Sequence record: SRR20825010_6613
DNA: 47,768 nt
Reading direction: 5' to 3' (one strand)
Below, piece by piece: positions 39,237 to 47,671 of this stretch. Both the position numbers and the translations under genes were made by a program. Numbering within the stretch: position 1 is the first letter of the stretch; each line of letters starts with the position of its first letter. The notes beneath the pieces are model-generated. The model saw only the letters and a list, made by a program, of their open reading frames with translations, was not told the DNA's origin and made no database searches.

Positions 39237-39353
39237 GGAAATTTAATGAACATTGACCATGGTTATTCATCCAAACCATGACTCAATTTAAAGAAAAGGA
39301 TGAACTTCACTCTTTACTTGCAGCCCACACCCTCACAGGTTTGGGCTTTTTTT
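39237..39353 (+). ncRNA. Candidate structured RNA (sRNA or attenuated leader)
   Basis: TAGATTTG -7 element at 39226-39233; two hairpins with complementary loops; terminator at 39322-39353. Confidence 0.5.
39322..39353 (+). terminator. Intrinsic terminator with no + strand CDS directly upstream
   Basis: AGCCCA-C-ACC...GGT-T-TGGGCT followed by T6. Confidence 0.75.
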
Positions 39354-39387
39354 GTGGATTAGTTTAACTTGAGGCAAATCTTGATTT

Positions 39388-40278
39388 ATGAAATTCGGAA
39401 GCGTTGAAAACCCAGAGAATATTGATTTTACGTTGCCGCAAGACCAGCCAGCTACGGCCAAGGTTTTAGGGAAATCAAAGGCTAAGGATAAACCCAAGAT
39501 TTACGTGGGCTGTGCCAAATGGAACAAAACCGATTTAAAGGGCTTTTATCCAAAAGGCACCAAGGACGAGCTGACTTACTATGCTACGCAATTCAATAGT
39601 ATTGAACTGAACGCCACTTTTTACAATTACAGCGCAGAACAGTTTGAAAACTGGCATGGAAAAACGCCTGCCGATTTTAAGTTCTTTCCTAAAATCAATC
39701 AAATGATTAGCCATAGAAAGCGATTGAATGATGCGGATCGCTACACAGAAGACTTCGTGAATGCCTTATCAGGCTTGGGAGAAAAGATGGAGCAGACCTT
39801 TCTACAATTACACGATAACTTTGGACCCAAAAACTGGGATAGATTGGAACAGTTTATAGTAAATTTTCCCAAAGGAATTCCCTTGGCAATAGAGGTAAGG
39901 CATACCGATTGGCTTAATGACCCTGAAATGGCTGACCGATTTTATGCGCTTTTAGAAGAAAACAATGTGACCAATATTATCACCGATACTGCTGGTCGAA
40001 GAGATTTACTTCACATGCGTTTGACTACACCCAAAGCATTTATCCGATACGTAGGTGCTAACCATGAAAGCGATTATGCGCGCTTAGATGATTGGTTTGA
40101 TCGAATCAAAAACTGGATTGAAGTGGGAGGATTGGAAGATATTTACTTCTTCGTTCATCAAAACCTTGAGAAGGCCTCGCCTTTGCTTTCTGCTTACTTT
40201 ATTAAGCGACTGAATAACGAACTTGGCTACAGTCTACATGTGCCTGAACAGCAAGGCGGGCAGACCAATATGTTTTAG
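39388..40278 (+). CDS. DUF72 (YecE-like) protein
   Basis: YVGCAKW, FNSIELNATFY, FKFFPK, ISH, AIEVRH..W. Confidence 0.9.
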   Translation: MKFGSVENPENIDFTLPQDQPATAKVLGKSKAKDKPKIYVGCAKWNKTDLKGFYPKGTKDELTYYATQFNSIELNATFYNYSAEQFENWHGKTPADFKFFPKINQMISHRKRLNDADRYTEDFVNALSGLGEKMEQTFLQLHDNFGPKNWDRLEQFIVNFPKGIPLAIEVRHTDWLNDPEMADRFYALLEENNVTNIITDTAGRRDLLHMRLTTPKAFIRYVGANHESDYARLDDWFDRIKNWIEVGGLEDIYFFVHQNLEKASPLLSAYFIKRLNNELGYSLHVPEQQGGQTNMF

Positions 40279-40309
40279 TGTTTAAGATATTCACAATGGG
40301 AGGCCTAGA

Positions 40310-40777
40310 CTACCAGTACTCGAAAATTCTAGATATTTTCCCATTTTTGAATTCGAAAAGCGTCATTTGTAACTCGCTTCCAACAACACCATTGTCGCTC
40401 TTTTCCACAAACCTTTTTTGAACAACGACCGCATTAAGTCCAACGATTTTGTTCTCAATCTTCATGTCTACCACGGTTCCGTCATAACCTCCATTTTTCT
40501 GATTTTTCACATAGCCATCGTATAAAACCTTTCGCGTATAAGTACCTCCATATTTAGGATGCACATAGGCGAAATCATCAGTAAAGAGTTCAAATACACG
40601 ATCTATGTCAGCCATAATAGAGTTGGCCTGAAAAATCTTAAGGTTTAAATCGTAGTAAGATTTGACCACCGTATTTAAGGAGTCTTTATGACTCTGGGTG
40701 GCCTCTTGCCCGTGGGCAGTAAAAGAGAGTAGGAGCAAAAAACAAAAATAGATAGCACTTGATTGTCTTCTCATCAT
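40310..40777 (-). CDS. Secreted NTF2/SnoaL-like protein
   Basis: Signal peptide; ELFTDDFAYVHP, FEFKNGKISRIFEYW. Confidence 0.8.
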   Translation of the reverse strand: MMRRQSSAIYFCFLLLLSFTAHGQEATQSHKDSLNTVVKSYYDLNLKIFQANSIMADIDRVFELFTDDFAYVHPKYGGTYTRKVLYDGYVKNQKNGGYDGTVVDMKIENKIVGLNAVVVQKRFVEKSDNGVVGSELQMTLFEFKNGKISRIFEYW

Positions 40778-40864
40778 CAAAAAATAGGTTGAATGTTGAA
40801 TACAATTGAACACGTAGTTAACGACCAAAAGGTTAACTAAATTTTTAAAGTTCAACTACAATTT

Positions 40865-43471
40865 TCACTCATTCCTCAAGCAGTCCACAGGGTTAATTCT
40901 CGCAGATTTAAGCGTTTGAAAACCTACGGTAAGCCAAGAAATCAACAAGGCTGAAGCACCAGCCAGTGCAAAGAACCACCATTTCAATTCGATGGAATAA
41001 GCAAAGTTATGAAGCCATTCGTTGGAGAAGTAATAGCCAATAGGAATAGCCAAAAAGATGGAGATCAATACCGTTTTGGTAAAAGTAGCAGAAAGCAATT
41101 TCACCACTACTACCTGACTTGCTCCCAATATTTTTCTAATTCCAATTTCCTTGCTTCTTCGTTCTGCAGTGAAAGCCGCCAGCCCAAAGAGGCCCAGACA
41201 GGAGATGATAATGGCTACAGCCGCCATATAATTTGATAGCTGTGCTACTTTATTCTCAGTGCTATAGAGTGCACGATAGTCATCATCTAAAAAGGAAGGT
41301 TCAAAATTATATTTGGGGTTCAATGTCTTGAAAACTCTTTCGATTGCCTGCATGGAGGCAACCTCTGAGCCTTCGCGAAGCTTGATGAAAAATTGCTTAC
41401 CCCGGCCTCTAAACCTGAAAATTAATGGTTCAATTTTTTGGTGCAGCGAACCATATTGAAAGTCTTTTACTACACCAATAATGGTCCTGGTTTCGTCATT
41501 GCCATAAACTATTTTTGTGCCTACAGGATTTTCTAAGCCCATGAATTTAACGGCAGACTCATTCAAGAGAATATCATAAATATCATCATCAAAATCTTTT
41601 GAGAATGCCCGTCCTTCTACCATTTGTAAGCCCATGGTCTCAATAAAATTGTAGCCAATCATGGGTGACATAAACAGGTGATTGTCATCTTCTTCTCCAT
41701 CTTTCCAAGAGAAACCACTATTGCTGTCATCACCTGAAAGAAAATCTCCAGCGAGATTGGTAGCACTAATTACACCCGGGATTTTCATCAGTTCTGTAAA
41801 GAAGAGCTGAGGGTTATTATATCCTTCACTTTGATCTCTAAAGGTTATAATGCCGCTTCTGTCGTAGCCAAGTTCCTTGTTTTGTGTGAATGCTATTTGC
41901 TGGTTAATGACGATGACGCTGATAATAAATATGACTGACAAGCTGAATTGGACAATCACTAGGCCTTTTCTTATCCACTCTTCCCCGCGAATGTTAGAAA
42001 GTGTTCCTTTCAGAACAGCTATAGGTTTAAATCCTGATAGGTAAAAAGCGGGATAGCTACCGGCTAAAATTCCAGTGAGTCCAACAATCAAAAGCATCTG
42101 AGCTATATATTCTTGAGGTCTAAATTCGAGCAACTTACCAGTAACCACATTGAATTGAGGTAGTATCAAAATCACAAGCCCAATCGAAACTGCCATAGAA
42201 ATGAGCGCAAGTAAGATTGACTCACTTAAAAACTGCATAATCAGTGCAGACCTATTTGCTCCGATTGCCTTTTTCACACCCACTTCTTTCATTCTTTTGG
42301 AGGCTTGGGCAGTTGAAAGATTCATAAAGTTAATACAGGCGATGGCCAGTATGAAGATGGCGACAAACGTAAATAAATGGACATTTTCGATTCTACCTCC
42401 TGTCAGTATACCGCTTTTATACTCACCATACAGATAGTTTTTAGAGTATTGTTGAGCAAATAGAGTGAAGCGATCGTTGGCCGTTTTGCCATTCATGAAT
42501 TTTGCTATTTTTTGATTGAAAGTATCAATGTCAGTATCTTCTCTAAGCACTACATAAGTCTCTGCATAGCCACCATTCCAATGCTCAGCCCATTCTTCTA
42601 CATCAATGAGGTTTTGGTAATTCAGTACTACATTAAATTGCTTAGAAGCATTTTTTGGCGGGGCTTTGAAGACACCAGAAATTATAAATTCTTTATCGAA
42701 AAAACGATTTTCCCAAGCGATTGTATTCCCTACGGCCTTTTCAATGCTTCCAAACATACTCAAGGCAAGGGCTTCAGTGATAACCACCGAACCTTTGTCT
42801 TGAATCACTTCTTTAGCGTTGCCAATAACCATTTCATAAGACATTACTTCAAAGAAATTAGTACTGGCAAAGAGGCCATTGGCGTCAAAATTATGCTCCT
42901 TAAAAGACAAAACCCCTCTTGGTCTAAAAAAGCCATTACCCACCCTAACTGCCTCTTCCACTTCAGGGAAGTCTGCCAAAAGTGACTCTGCCAATCTACC
43001 AGACGTATAGTCCCATGTGCGGATATCATCATTGATCGAAAAATTGGACATGATCCAATAGAGCTGTGCATCCTTTGCATGAAAAGTATCCACTGATCTT
43101 TCATCTTTGACCCAGAGAAAAATTAGCAGTGCCGCTGCCAAGCCAGTGGAAAGTCCAATAAGGTTGATGAAAAAGGTGCTTTTATGTCGCTTAAACCCTC
43201 TTAGGGTAATCAATAAATTGTGTTGTAACATACCGATAAAATTGAGTTGATGATTTCCGCCAAGCCCTCTGACCAAAGCAGGGCGCAGCAGTTTTAAGAC
43301 TTCACGATTGTAAAGCCTTCTGGATTTTTTGACCGAGTACTGCGCTAGATTTTCAGCGAATACTTCCTCCATATCGCCCTCTATTTCTTCCAAAAAGTCT
43401 TTTTTCAGGAAGAAGCGTAGAAGCCTTAATGACCAGCGTGGAGGCTGAATATCGTTTTGCTTGTTGTTCAA
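40865..43471 (-). CDS. MacB/FtsX-type ABC permease with N-terminal prefix domain
   Basis: PPRW...EEIEGDMEE prefix, IACINFMNL, EIGIRKILGAS, NPVDCLRNE. Confidence 0.92.
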   Translation of the reverse strand: MNNKQNDIQPPRWSLRLLRFFLKKDFLEEIEGDMEEVFAENLAQYSVKKSRRLYNREVLKLLRPALVRGLGGNHQLNFIGMLQHNLLITLRGFKRHKSTFFINLIGLSTGLAAALLIFLWVKDERSVDTFHAKDAQLYWIMSNFSINDDIRTWDYTSGRLAESLLADFPEVEEAVRVGNGFFRPRGVLSFKEHNFDANGLFASTNFFEVMSYEMVIGNAKEVIQDKGSVVITEALALSMFGSIEKAVGNTIAWENRFFDKEFIISGVFKAPPKNASKQFNVVLNYQNLIDVEEWAEHWNGGYAETYVVLREDTDIDTFNQKIAKFMNGKTANDRFTLFAQQYSKNYLYGEYKSGILTGGRIENVHLFTFVAIFILAIACINFMNLSTAQASKRMKEVGVKKAIGANRSALIMQFLSESILLALISMAVSIGLVILILPQFNVVTGKLLEFRPQEYIAQMLLIVGLTGILAGSYPAFYLSGFKPIAVLKGTLSNIRGEEWIRKGLVIVQFSLSVIFIISVIVINQQIAFTQNKELGYDRSGIITFRDQSEGYNNPQLFFTELMKIPGVISATNLAGDFLSGDDSNSGFSWKDGEEDDNHLFMSPMIGYNFIETMGLQMVEGRAFSKDFDDDIYDILLNESAVKFMGLENPVGTKIVYGNDETRTIIGVVKDFQYGSLHQKIEPLIFRFRGRGKQFFIKLREGSEVASMQAIERVFKTLNPKYNFEPSFLDDDYRALYSTENKVAQLSNYMAAVAIIISCLGLFGLAAFTAERRSKEIGIRKILGASQVVVVKLLSATFTKTVLISIFLAIPIGYYFSNEWLHNFAYSIELKWWFFALAGASALLISWLTVGFQTLKSARINPVDCLRNE

Positions 43472-43472
43472 A

Positions 43473-43799
43473 TTAGCTGGTGGCTATGTTGGGCATTGCT
43501 GACCAAAGTTGAGTGCGGATGTCTTTCATTTCTTTCAAAATTCTGTGCGCATAAGGGGTAGCACTGTAAATGCGCTTGCGCTTTCCGCCACGTTTTTGGG
43601 TGGCTTCCCCAAATTCAGAAGTTAAGAATCCTTTCTCTTCCATTCGTTTTAAAGCAGATTGAATTGATCCTACGCTTAACTTTTCTTTCAGTCGATCTTC
43701 GAGTTCGCGCTTAATTTCTACCCCGTAGGCTTCGGCTTGAAGCACGACCACTGTCATGAGTACCAGCTCTTCAAACTCTCCTAATTTGGTCTTCTTCAT
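43473..43799 (-). CDS. PadR-family transcriptional regulator
   Basis: LGEFEELVL, AYGVEI, LKRMEEKG, RGGKRKR. Confidence 0.92.
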   Translation of the reverse strand: MKKTKLGEFEELVLMTVVVLQAEAYGVEIKRELEDRLKEKLSVGSIQSALKRMEEKGFLTSEFGEATQKRGGKRKRIYSATPYAHRILKEMKDIRTQLWSAMPNIATS

Positions 43800-43808
43800 G
43801 GCTATATC

Positions 43809-43857
43809 ATTCGTAATTGCAGTAAATATAGATAATTATTTTATTCGTAATTGCAGT
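43809..43857. promoter_or_regulatory. 15-bp direct repeat, candidate PadR operator
   Basis: ATTCGTAATTGCAGT at 43809-43823 and 43843-43857. Confidence 0.65.
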
Positions 43858-43937
43858 TTTTATAAAAAGAGTTTTTACTATAGGGGCAGGGCTTATCTAA
43901 ATAGCGAATGAATCAGAATAATGGCAGGCTCTAAAGT

Positions 43938-43965
43938 CTTCCCCATTGGGGAAGGTTGGATAGGG
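43938..43965. repeat. Palindromic REP-like element
   Basis: CTTCCCCA-T-TGGGGAAG followed by GTTGGATAGGG. Confidence 0.5.
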
Positions 43966-44002
43966 CTTTTTTTTAACCGCAAAGAATGCTGAGTCCGGTG
44001 TT

Positions 44003-44079
44003 AGACTGCTTCGTGCCTCGCAGTGACGGTACTGGGCTAATCCAGTTCGAACAGTCATGCCGAACTTGTTTCGGTATCC
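44003..44079. repeat. Inverted pair of CGTC-type REP palindromes
   Basis: (-) CGTCACTGCGAGGCACGAAGCAGTCT and (+) AGTCATGCCGAACTTGTTTCGGTATCC. Confidence 0.8.
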
Positions 44080-44130
44080 CTCAAAGGTATTGGAGGAGCA
44101 ATTCTTCAACTATTAGCTAATTGAACTTCT

Positions 44131-44493
44131 TTACGCTGAGAAGAATAAATAGATACCAGTAGCTAGATTAAAGATAATACAGACCCAACCTGCATAGACT
44201 TTTAATTTTACACTGATCATCATAGAAAACACATAAACCCAAGCTGAGATAATTCCTGAGAATATAGGGCCGAAAAGCCAAAGAAGACCACCTAATCCAG
44301 CACCTTCAGGAATGTTGGCGCTCATTGAGATAGCAAATGATACAATGACTGAAAGCATAATCCCCATAATGAACTTGGCCGTAAGATCGTCAAAGTACTT
44401 TTCTTGGTCGGGAGATTTTCTCTTGTCTGAAAAAATCAACCTCGATACCATCAAGATTATGGTCGCTAAATACCCAATGATAAAGTAGATCAT
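44131..44493 (-). CDS. Hypothetical membrane protein (~4 TM)
   Basis: 120-aa hydrophobic ORF. Confidence 0.6.
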   Translation of the reverse strand: MIYFIIGYLATIILMVSRLIFSDKRKSPDQEKYFDDLTAKFIMGIMLSVIVSFAISMSANIPEGAGLGGLLWLFGPIFSGIISAWVYVFSMMISVKLKVYAGWVCIIFNLATGIYLFFSA

Positions 44494-44566
44494 TTGGTCA
44501 AGTTCGTATTGTTGGTCGATGTATCATCAAGATAGTGAAAAGACATTTAGGGTATGATGATGAATG

Positions 44567-46054
44567 TCACTTCCTCCTAAAATAAGCCATCACGATATCT
44601 CGGACATCGTTTTTGATGCGATTGAAATCTGGAGGGGCGATGGCCTGGTTTTGATAGTCTTTGATAAACTCAAGATTGGCTTCACCACCGCTGAGAACAA
44701 AATCAGGGAGGACCATTTTATAGGTTTTAGTAGAGGAAAGTTTAGCGTCTTTGATATACCAGCCGTCTGCTTTCTTTTCAGCATTCGCCAATTGCAAATA
44801 ACCACCAATACCTACATTGGTTACGGTTCCAATTTCTAAAATGCGTTGTACTACATCACCTTTTACATCGATTATTGAAATTCCACCACCAAAGGGGAAA
44901 GAGCGAAGAATATCATACTCTGTAATGGTGCCAGTAAGTTGATCGTCCAAACGAATAGAACCTGAATTGAAAATGGCCAAATCGGCTTTGGGCACGGCAA
45001 ACATAAAGGCCTCAGCCGTCATAATTGGGTAGTTGGTTGGGCGATAACGAATACTGCTTTCACGCCCATCGAGGGTGTCCCTTGTGATCATTACAATTTC
45101 ATTGGGCGTATACCCCATGTTCGCCATGCTTTCATTGGAAATATTCACCCATTTATCCACCAAGGTTTTTACTTCAGGGTCTTCTGTGACATTTTCATCA
45201 ATTGGTACCAGCTCGGAACTAATGCTGGTTTTACCAGTGGTTTTATTGTAACTCACTCTATGGACATACACGGTTTTTGCGTTGGCATCGGCTTTGGTCA
45301 TCAACGTATTTCCATACATATATTTCATATGGGCGTGGTCGTGGCCGCCTAAAATAAGGTCGAGTTCAGGCACAAAATAAGTGGCCAAAGAATCGTCTTC
45401 TACTTTCTTGAGGTGCGTAACACCAATGAAAACCTCTGCTTCTTCCTTCACCTTGTTATACACCGCTTTCACCGACTCGTATTTGTCCGTATAAGCCAAA
45501 TAGGGAGCGTTGTTGAAGGGTAGTGTTGAGCCGAAAAAAGCAATATCAACGCCATCTACAGACTTCATAATATGATCGGGAAAGGCCTTTCCTTTTTGTG
45601 TCCATGCATTGTTTTTGCCCTCTACCGCATGAAGTACATTTGTAGTCGTCCATTCAAAGTCAGATTCATCAATTCTGGCCTGTATCTTATTTTCCTTGAG
45701 GTCGAATTCATGATTGCCAGGCACCACAATGTCTACACCCACGGCATTCATCACTTCTACCATGTGCTTGCCTGCAATCTTTTCACCTTCGTAAGTGAGG
45801 GTGCCAATAAGCGAAGGGCTTACAAAGTCTCCTGAAAGGATGGTGAAAACATTCGGATTTTCCTTCAATAGATTTTTTCTGACTGTGGCTACACGGGCCA
45901 TTCCACCTACTTTACCGCCTTCTAATGGCGCAATTTCATAGACATCGTTCATTTGAAGCAGAATGAAGTCTACAGTATCAGAAGATTTCTTAGGCGAACA
46001 GGCACTTGAAAAAATAAAGAAAACAGACAGAAAAAAAAGCGAAAATCGTTTCAT
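44567..46054 (-). CDS. Metallophosphatase / 5'-nucleotidase lipoprotein
   Basis: Lipobox SSAC; NDVYEI, GDF, GNHEFD, GGHDH, NSGSIR. Confidence 0.9.
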   Translation of the reverse strand: MKRFSLFFLSVFFIFSSACSPKKSSDTVDFILLQMNDVYEIAPLEGGKVGGMARVATVRKNLLKENPNVFTILSGDFVSPSLIGTLTYEGEKIAGKHMVEVMNAVGVDIVVPGNHEFDLKENKIQARIDESDFEWTTTNVLHAVEGKNNAWTQKGKAFPDHIMKSVDGVDIAFFGSTLPFNNAPYLAYTDKYESVKAVYNKVKEEAEVFIGVTHLKKVEDDSLATYFVPELDLILGGHDHAHMKYMYGNTLMTKADANAKTVYVHRVSYNKTTGKTSISSELVPIDENVTEDPEVKTLVDKWVNISNESMANMGYTPNEIVMITRDTLDGRESSIRYRPTNYPIMTAEAFMFAVPKADLAIFNSGSIRLDDQLTGTITEYDILRSFPFGGGISIIDVKGDVVQRILEIGTVTNVGIGGYLQLANAEKKADGWYIKDAKLSSTKTYKMVLPDFVLSGGEANLEFIKDYQNQAIAPPDFNRIKNDVRDIVMAYFRRK

Positions 46055-46165
46055 GAAGATGTGGTTTTACAATTGGAATAAAGTTAGTAAAAATGAAGTT
46101 TAAACTAGCACTTTAAAGAGTTTTAACCACAAAGATTATCGAGTTTCACGAAGGTAAATCGAAGA

Positions 46166-46194
46166 GCAATCGCTCGGTTGCACCGAGTGATTGC
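46166..46194. repeat. REP-like hairpin, copy 1
   Basis: GCAATCGCTCGG-TTGCA-CCGAGTGATTGC; 21 bp identical, in inverted orientation, to 47495-47515. Confidence 0.75.
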
Positions 46195-46208
46195 TAGCGT
46201 TTTGGCTT

Positions 46209-46421
46209 CTACCCAGCTAATTCATCACAATAAAAACCTTGGCTGGTCAATATAGTAATGACGGTTTCGGGGGCGACTTCTTCGGTTTCAACACGTAGGA
46301 TTTTATCGCAGTCTTCTAGATCAAAGTTCCACTCCTCGCTGGGCAATAAGATATTCAAAAATGAGCCCACAGCCTGGGCTTGTTTTTTACTGACTACGGA
46401 AGTTTTAAAGACATGAACCAT
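46209..46421 (-). CDS. Small HMA/ferredoxin-fold-like protein
   Basis: VFKTSV...WNFDLEDCDKILRV...GFYCDEL; likely start 46421. Confidence 0.7.
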   Translation of the reverse strand: MVHVFKTSVVSKKQAQAVGSFLNILLPSEEWNFDLEDCDKILRVETEEVAPETVITILTSQGFYCDELAG

Positions 46422-46458
46422 GGTAATTGTTTTTCTAATTTTGGAGTGATGTGGCAAT

Positions 46459-47034
46459 TCATTGGTTAATCAATTCTTCATAAGTCGATTTGAGTCGCTT
46501 GCGAAGAAACTTTACAGCGTAATGTTTTCTAGAGAGCAGCGTGTTTACGGCAATGCCAGTAATCTCAGCGATTTCCTTTACAGGCAAACCTTCTAATTCG
46601 GTAAGTTCAAAGATTTCGCGTTGCTCAATAGGTAGCTCGGTAAGCACTTGCTCTAATTCTTCCCACATCAGAGAGCGGATATAGACATTGATGGGGCTGT
46701 CTGACTCGTCTGTTTGAGGAAATAGCGTTGCATAAACGTCTAAGGATTCATCGCCCTCGGGTTCCATAAGAAAGCTAGTTTCCTTCTTTTTCTTCTTTTT
46801 ATTGATAATGAGGTTTCGAGCAACACGAAATAGCCAGCCAGAGATATTCTCTATCGGATTGTGCGTTGTGTCCATTGTTTGAACGAACTGGTAAAACACA
46901 TCCTGAGCAAGATCTTCAGCATCTTCTGTGGTAGGAACTCTGTTCTTTATGAAAGAGCGGATTCGAGGCTGATGCTCCTTAATCTGTCTTTCTAAGTCTT
47001 CCCTATATTCGTTTTTATTCACGGTCAGGACCAT
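46459..47034 (-). CDS. ECF sigma factor
   Basis: DAEDLAQDVF, WLFRVARN, LPIEQREIF, EIAEITG, TLLSRKHYA. Confidence 0.93.
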   Translation of the reverse strand: MVLTVNKNEYREDLERQIKEHQPRIRSFIKNRVPTTEDAEDLAQDVFYQFVQTMDTTHNPIENISGWLFRVARNLIINKKKKKKETSFLMEPEGDESLDVYATLFPQTDESDSPINVYIRSLMWEELEQVLTELPIEQREIFELTELEGLPVKEIAEITGIAVNTLLSRKHYAVKFLRKRLKSTYEELINQ

Positions 47035-47413
47035 CTTTTTCTTTTACGTCCGAATCGGAAAAACAATCATTTTTATGCTCCATCCATTGCGCGAACTTCC
47101 TTTTCTTGAACCATTCTTTGCGCTCCTCGGGGCTCATGGTCTCCCATTCTTCGCGACCTGAATGAGTTCTGCATTTTTTACGATGAGAACGCTTTCCTTT
47201 ACCTCCCATTCCTGAAAAGAGGATTCTCGAAAGGATGAACAGTCCTAGTGCTTGCCAGAAAGTGATGGTGGTGAGACCGAAAAGATCGGGCATTAACCAG
47301 TTCCATAAAAGCATGATCACAGAACCAAACAAAAACAACGCTGCTGCGCCAAACACAGGGAAAAAAATGTATTTGTACTTATATATAAATTCCTTCTTTC
47401 TCATTTCGATCAT
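47015..47413 (-). CDS. Hypothetical 2-TM protein with basic C-terminal tail
   Basis: MLLWNWLMPDLFGL..ITFWQALGL..LSRILF; overlaps the sigma gene start. Confidence 0.75.
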   Translation of the reverse strand: MIEMRKKEFIYKYKYIFFPVFGAAALFLFGSVIMLLWNWLMPDLFGLTTITFWQALGLFILSRILFSGMGGKGKRSHRKKCRTHSGREEWETMSPEERKEWFKKRKFAQWMEHKNDCFSDSDVKEKDGPDRE

Positions 47414-47494
47414 TAATTATGTTCTCTTGTATAGGTAGACAACTGAGAGAGAGAAATATTTTAAGGGGGCAGGATTTTTTTGAGAATTGGGGTA

Positions 47495-47522
47495 CAATCA
47501 CTCGGTGCAACCGAGTCACTGC
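47495..47522. repeat. REP-like hairpin, copy 2
   Basis: CAATCACTCGG-TGCAA-CCGAGTCACTGC. Confidence 0.75.
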
Positions 47523-47544
47523 ATAAAATAAGTTTCAAACAAGC

Positions 47545-47625
47545 AGACCCTGAGACAAGCTCAGGGTGACTGCTAGTATGAGCAAAGCCTGTTGGAACCG
47601 TCATGCTGAACTTGTTTCAGCACCC
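47545..47625. repeat. Inverted pair of CGTC-type REP palindromes
   Basis: (-) AGTCACCCTGAGCTTGTCTCAGGGTCT and (+) CGTCATGCTGAACTTGTTTCAGCACCC. Confidence 0.85.
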
Positions 47626-47671
47626 CTCGAAGAAACTGGAGGGCTTTATTAACCAATTAATCCGGCTTTAT

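Noticed and set aside
39237-39320. Assignment as a c-di-GMP-II or other known riboswitch
   Set aside because: Only a loose GGAAA...ATGAA resemblance; the remaining consensus could not be matched by eye
39246-39367. Short ORFs in the candidate RNA (MNIDHGYSSKP; MTQFKEKDELHSLLAAHTLTGLGFFCGLV) as leader peptides
   Set aside because: No amino-acid enrichment typical of attenuators, and the longer one runs through the terminator; not excluded without Ribo-seq
40815-40839. TAGTTAAC / GTTAACTA inverted repeat
   Set aside because: Short, AT-rich and built from self-palindromic GTTAAC; insufficient support
43897-44109. 70-aa minus-strand ORF
   Set aside because: It is a read-through of the REP-like repeat cluster, with no protein features
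44003-47625. Possible CRISPR repeats
   Set aside because: Copies are inverted, dispersed and divergent, with no regular spacer array and no cas genes
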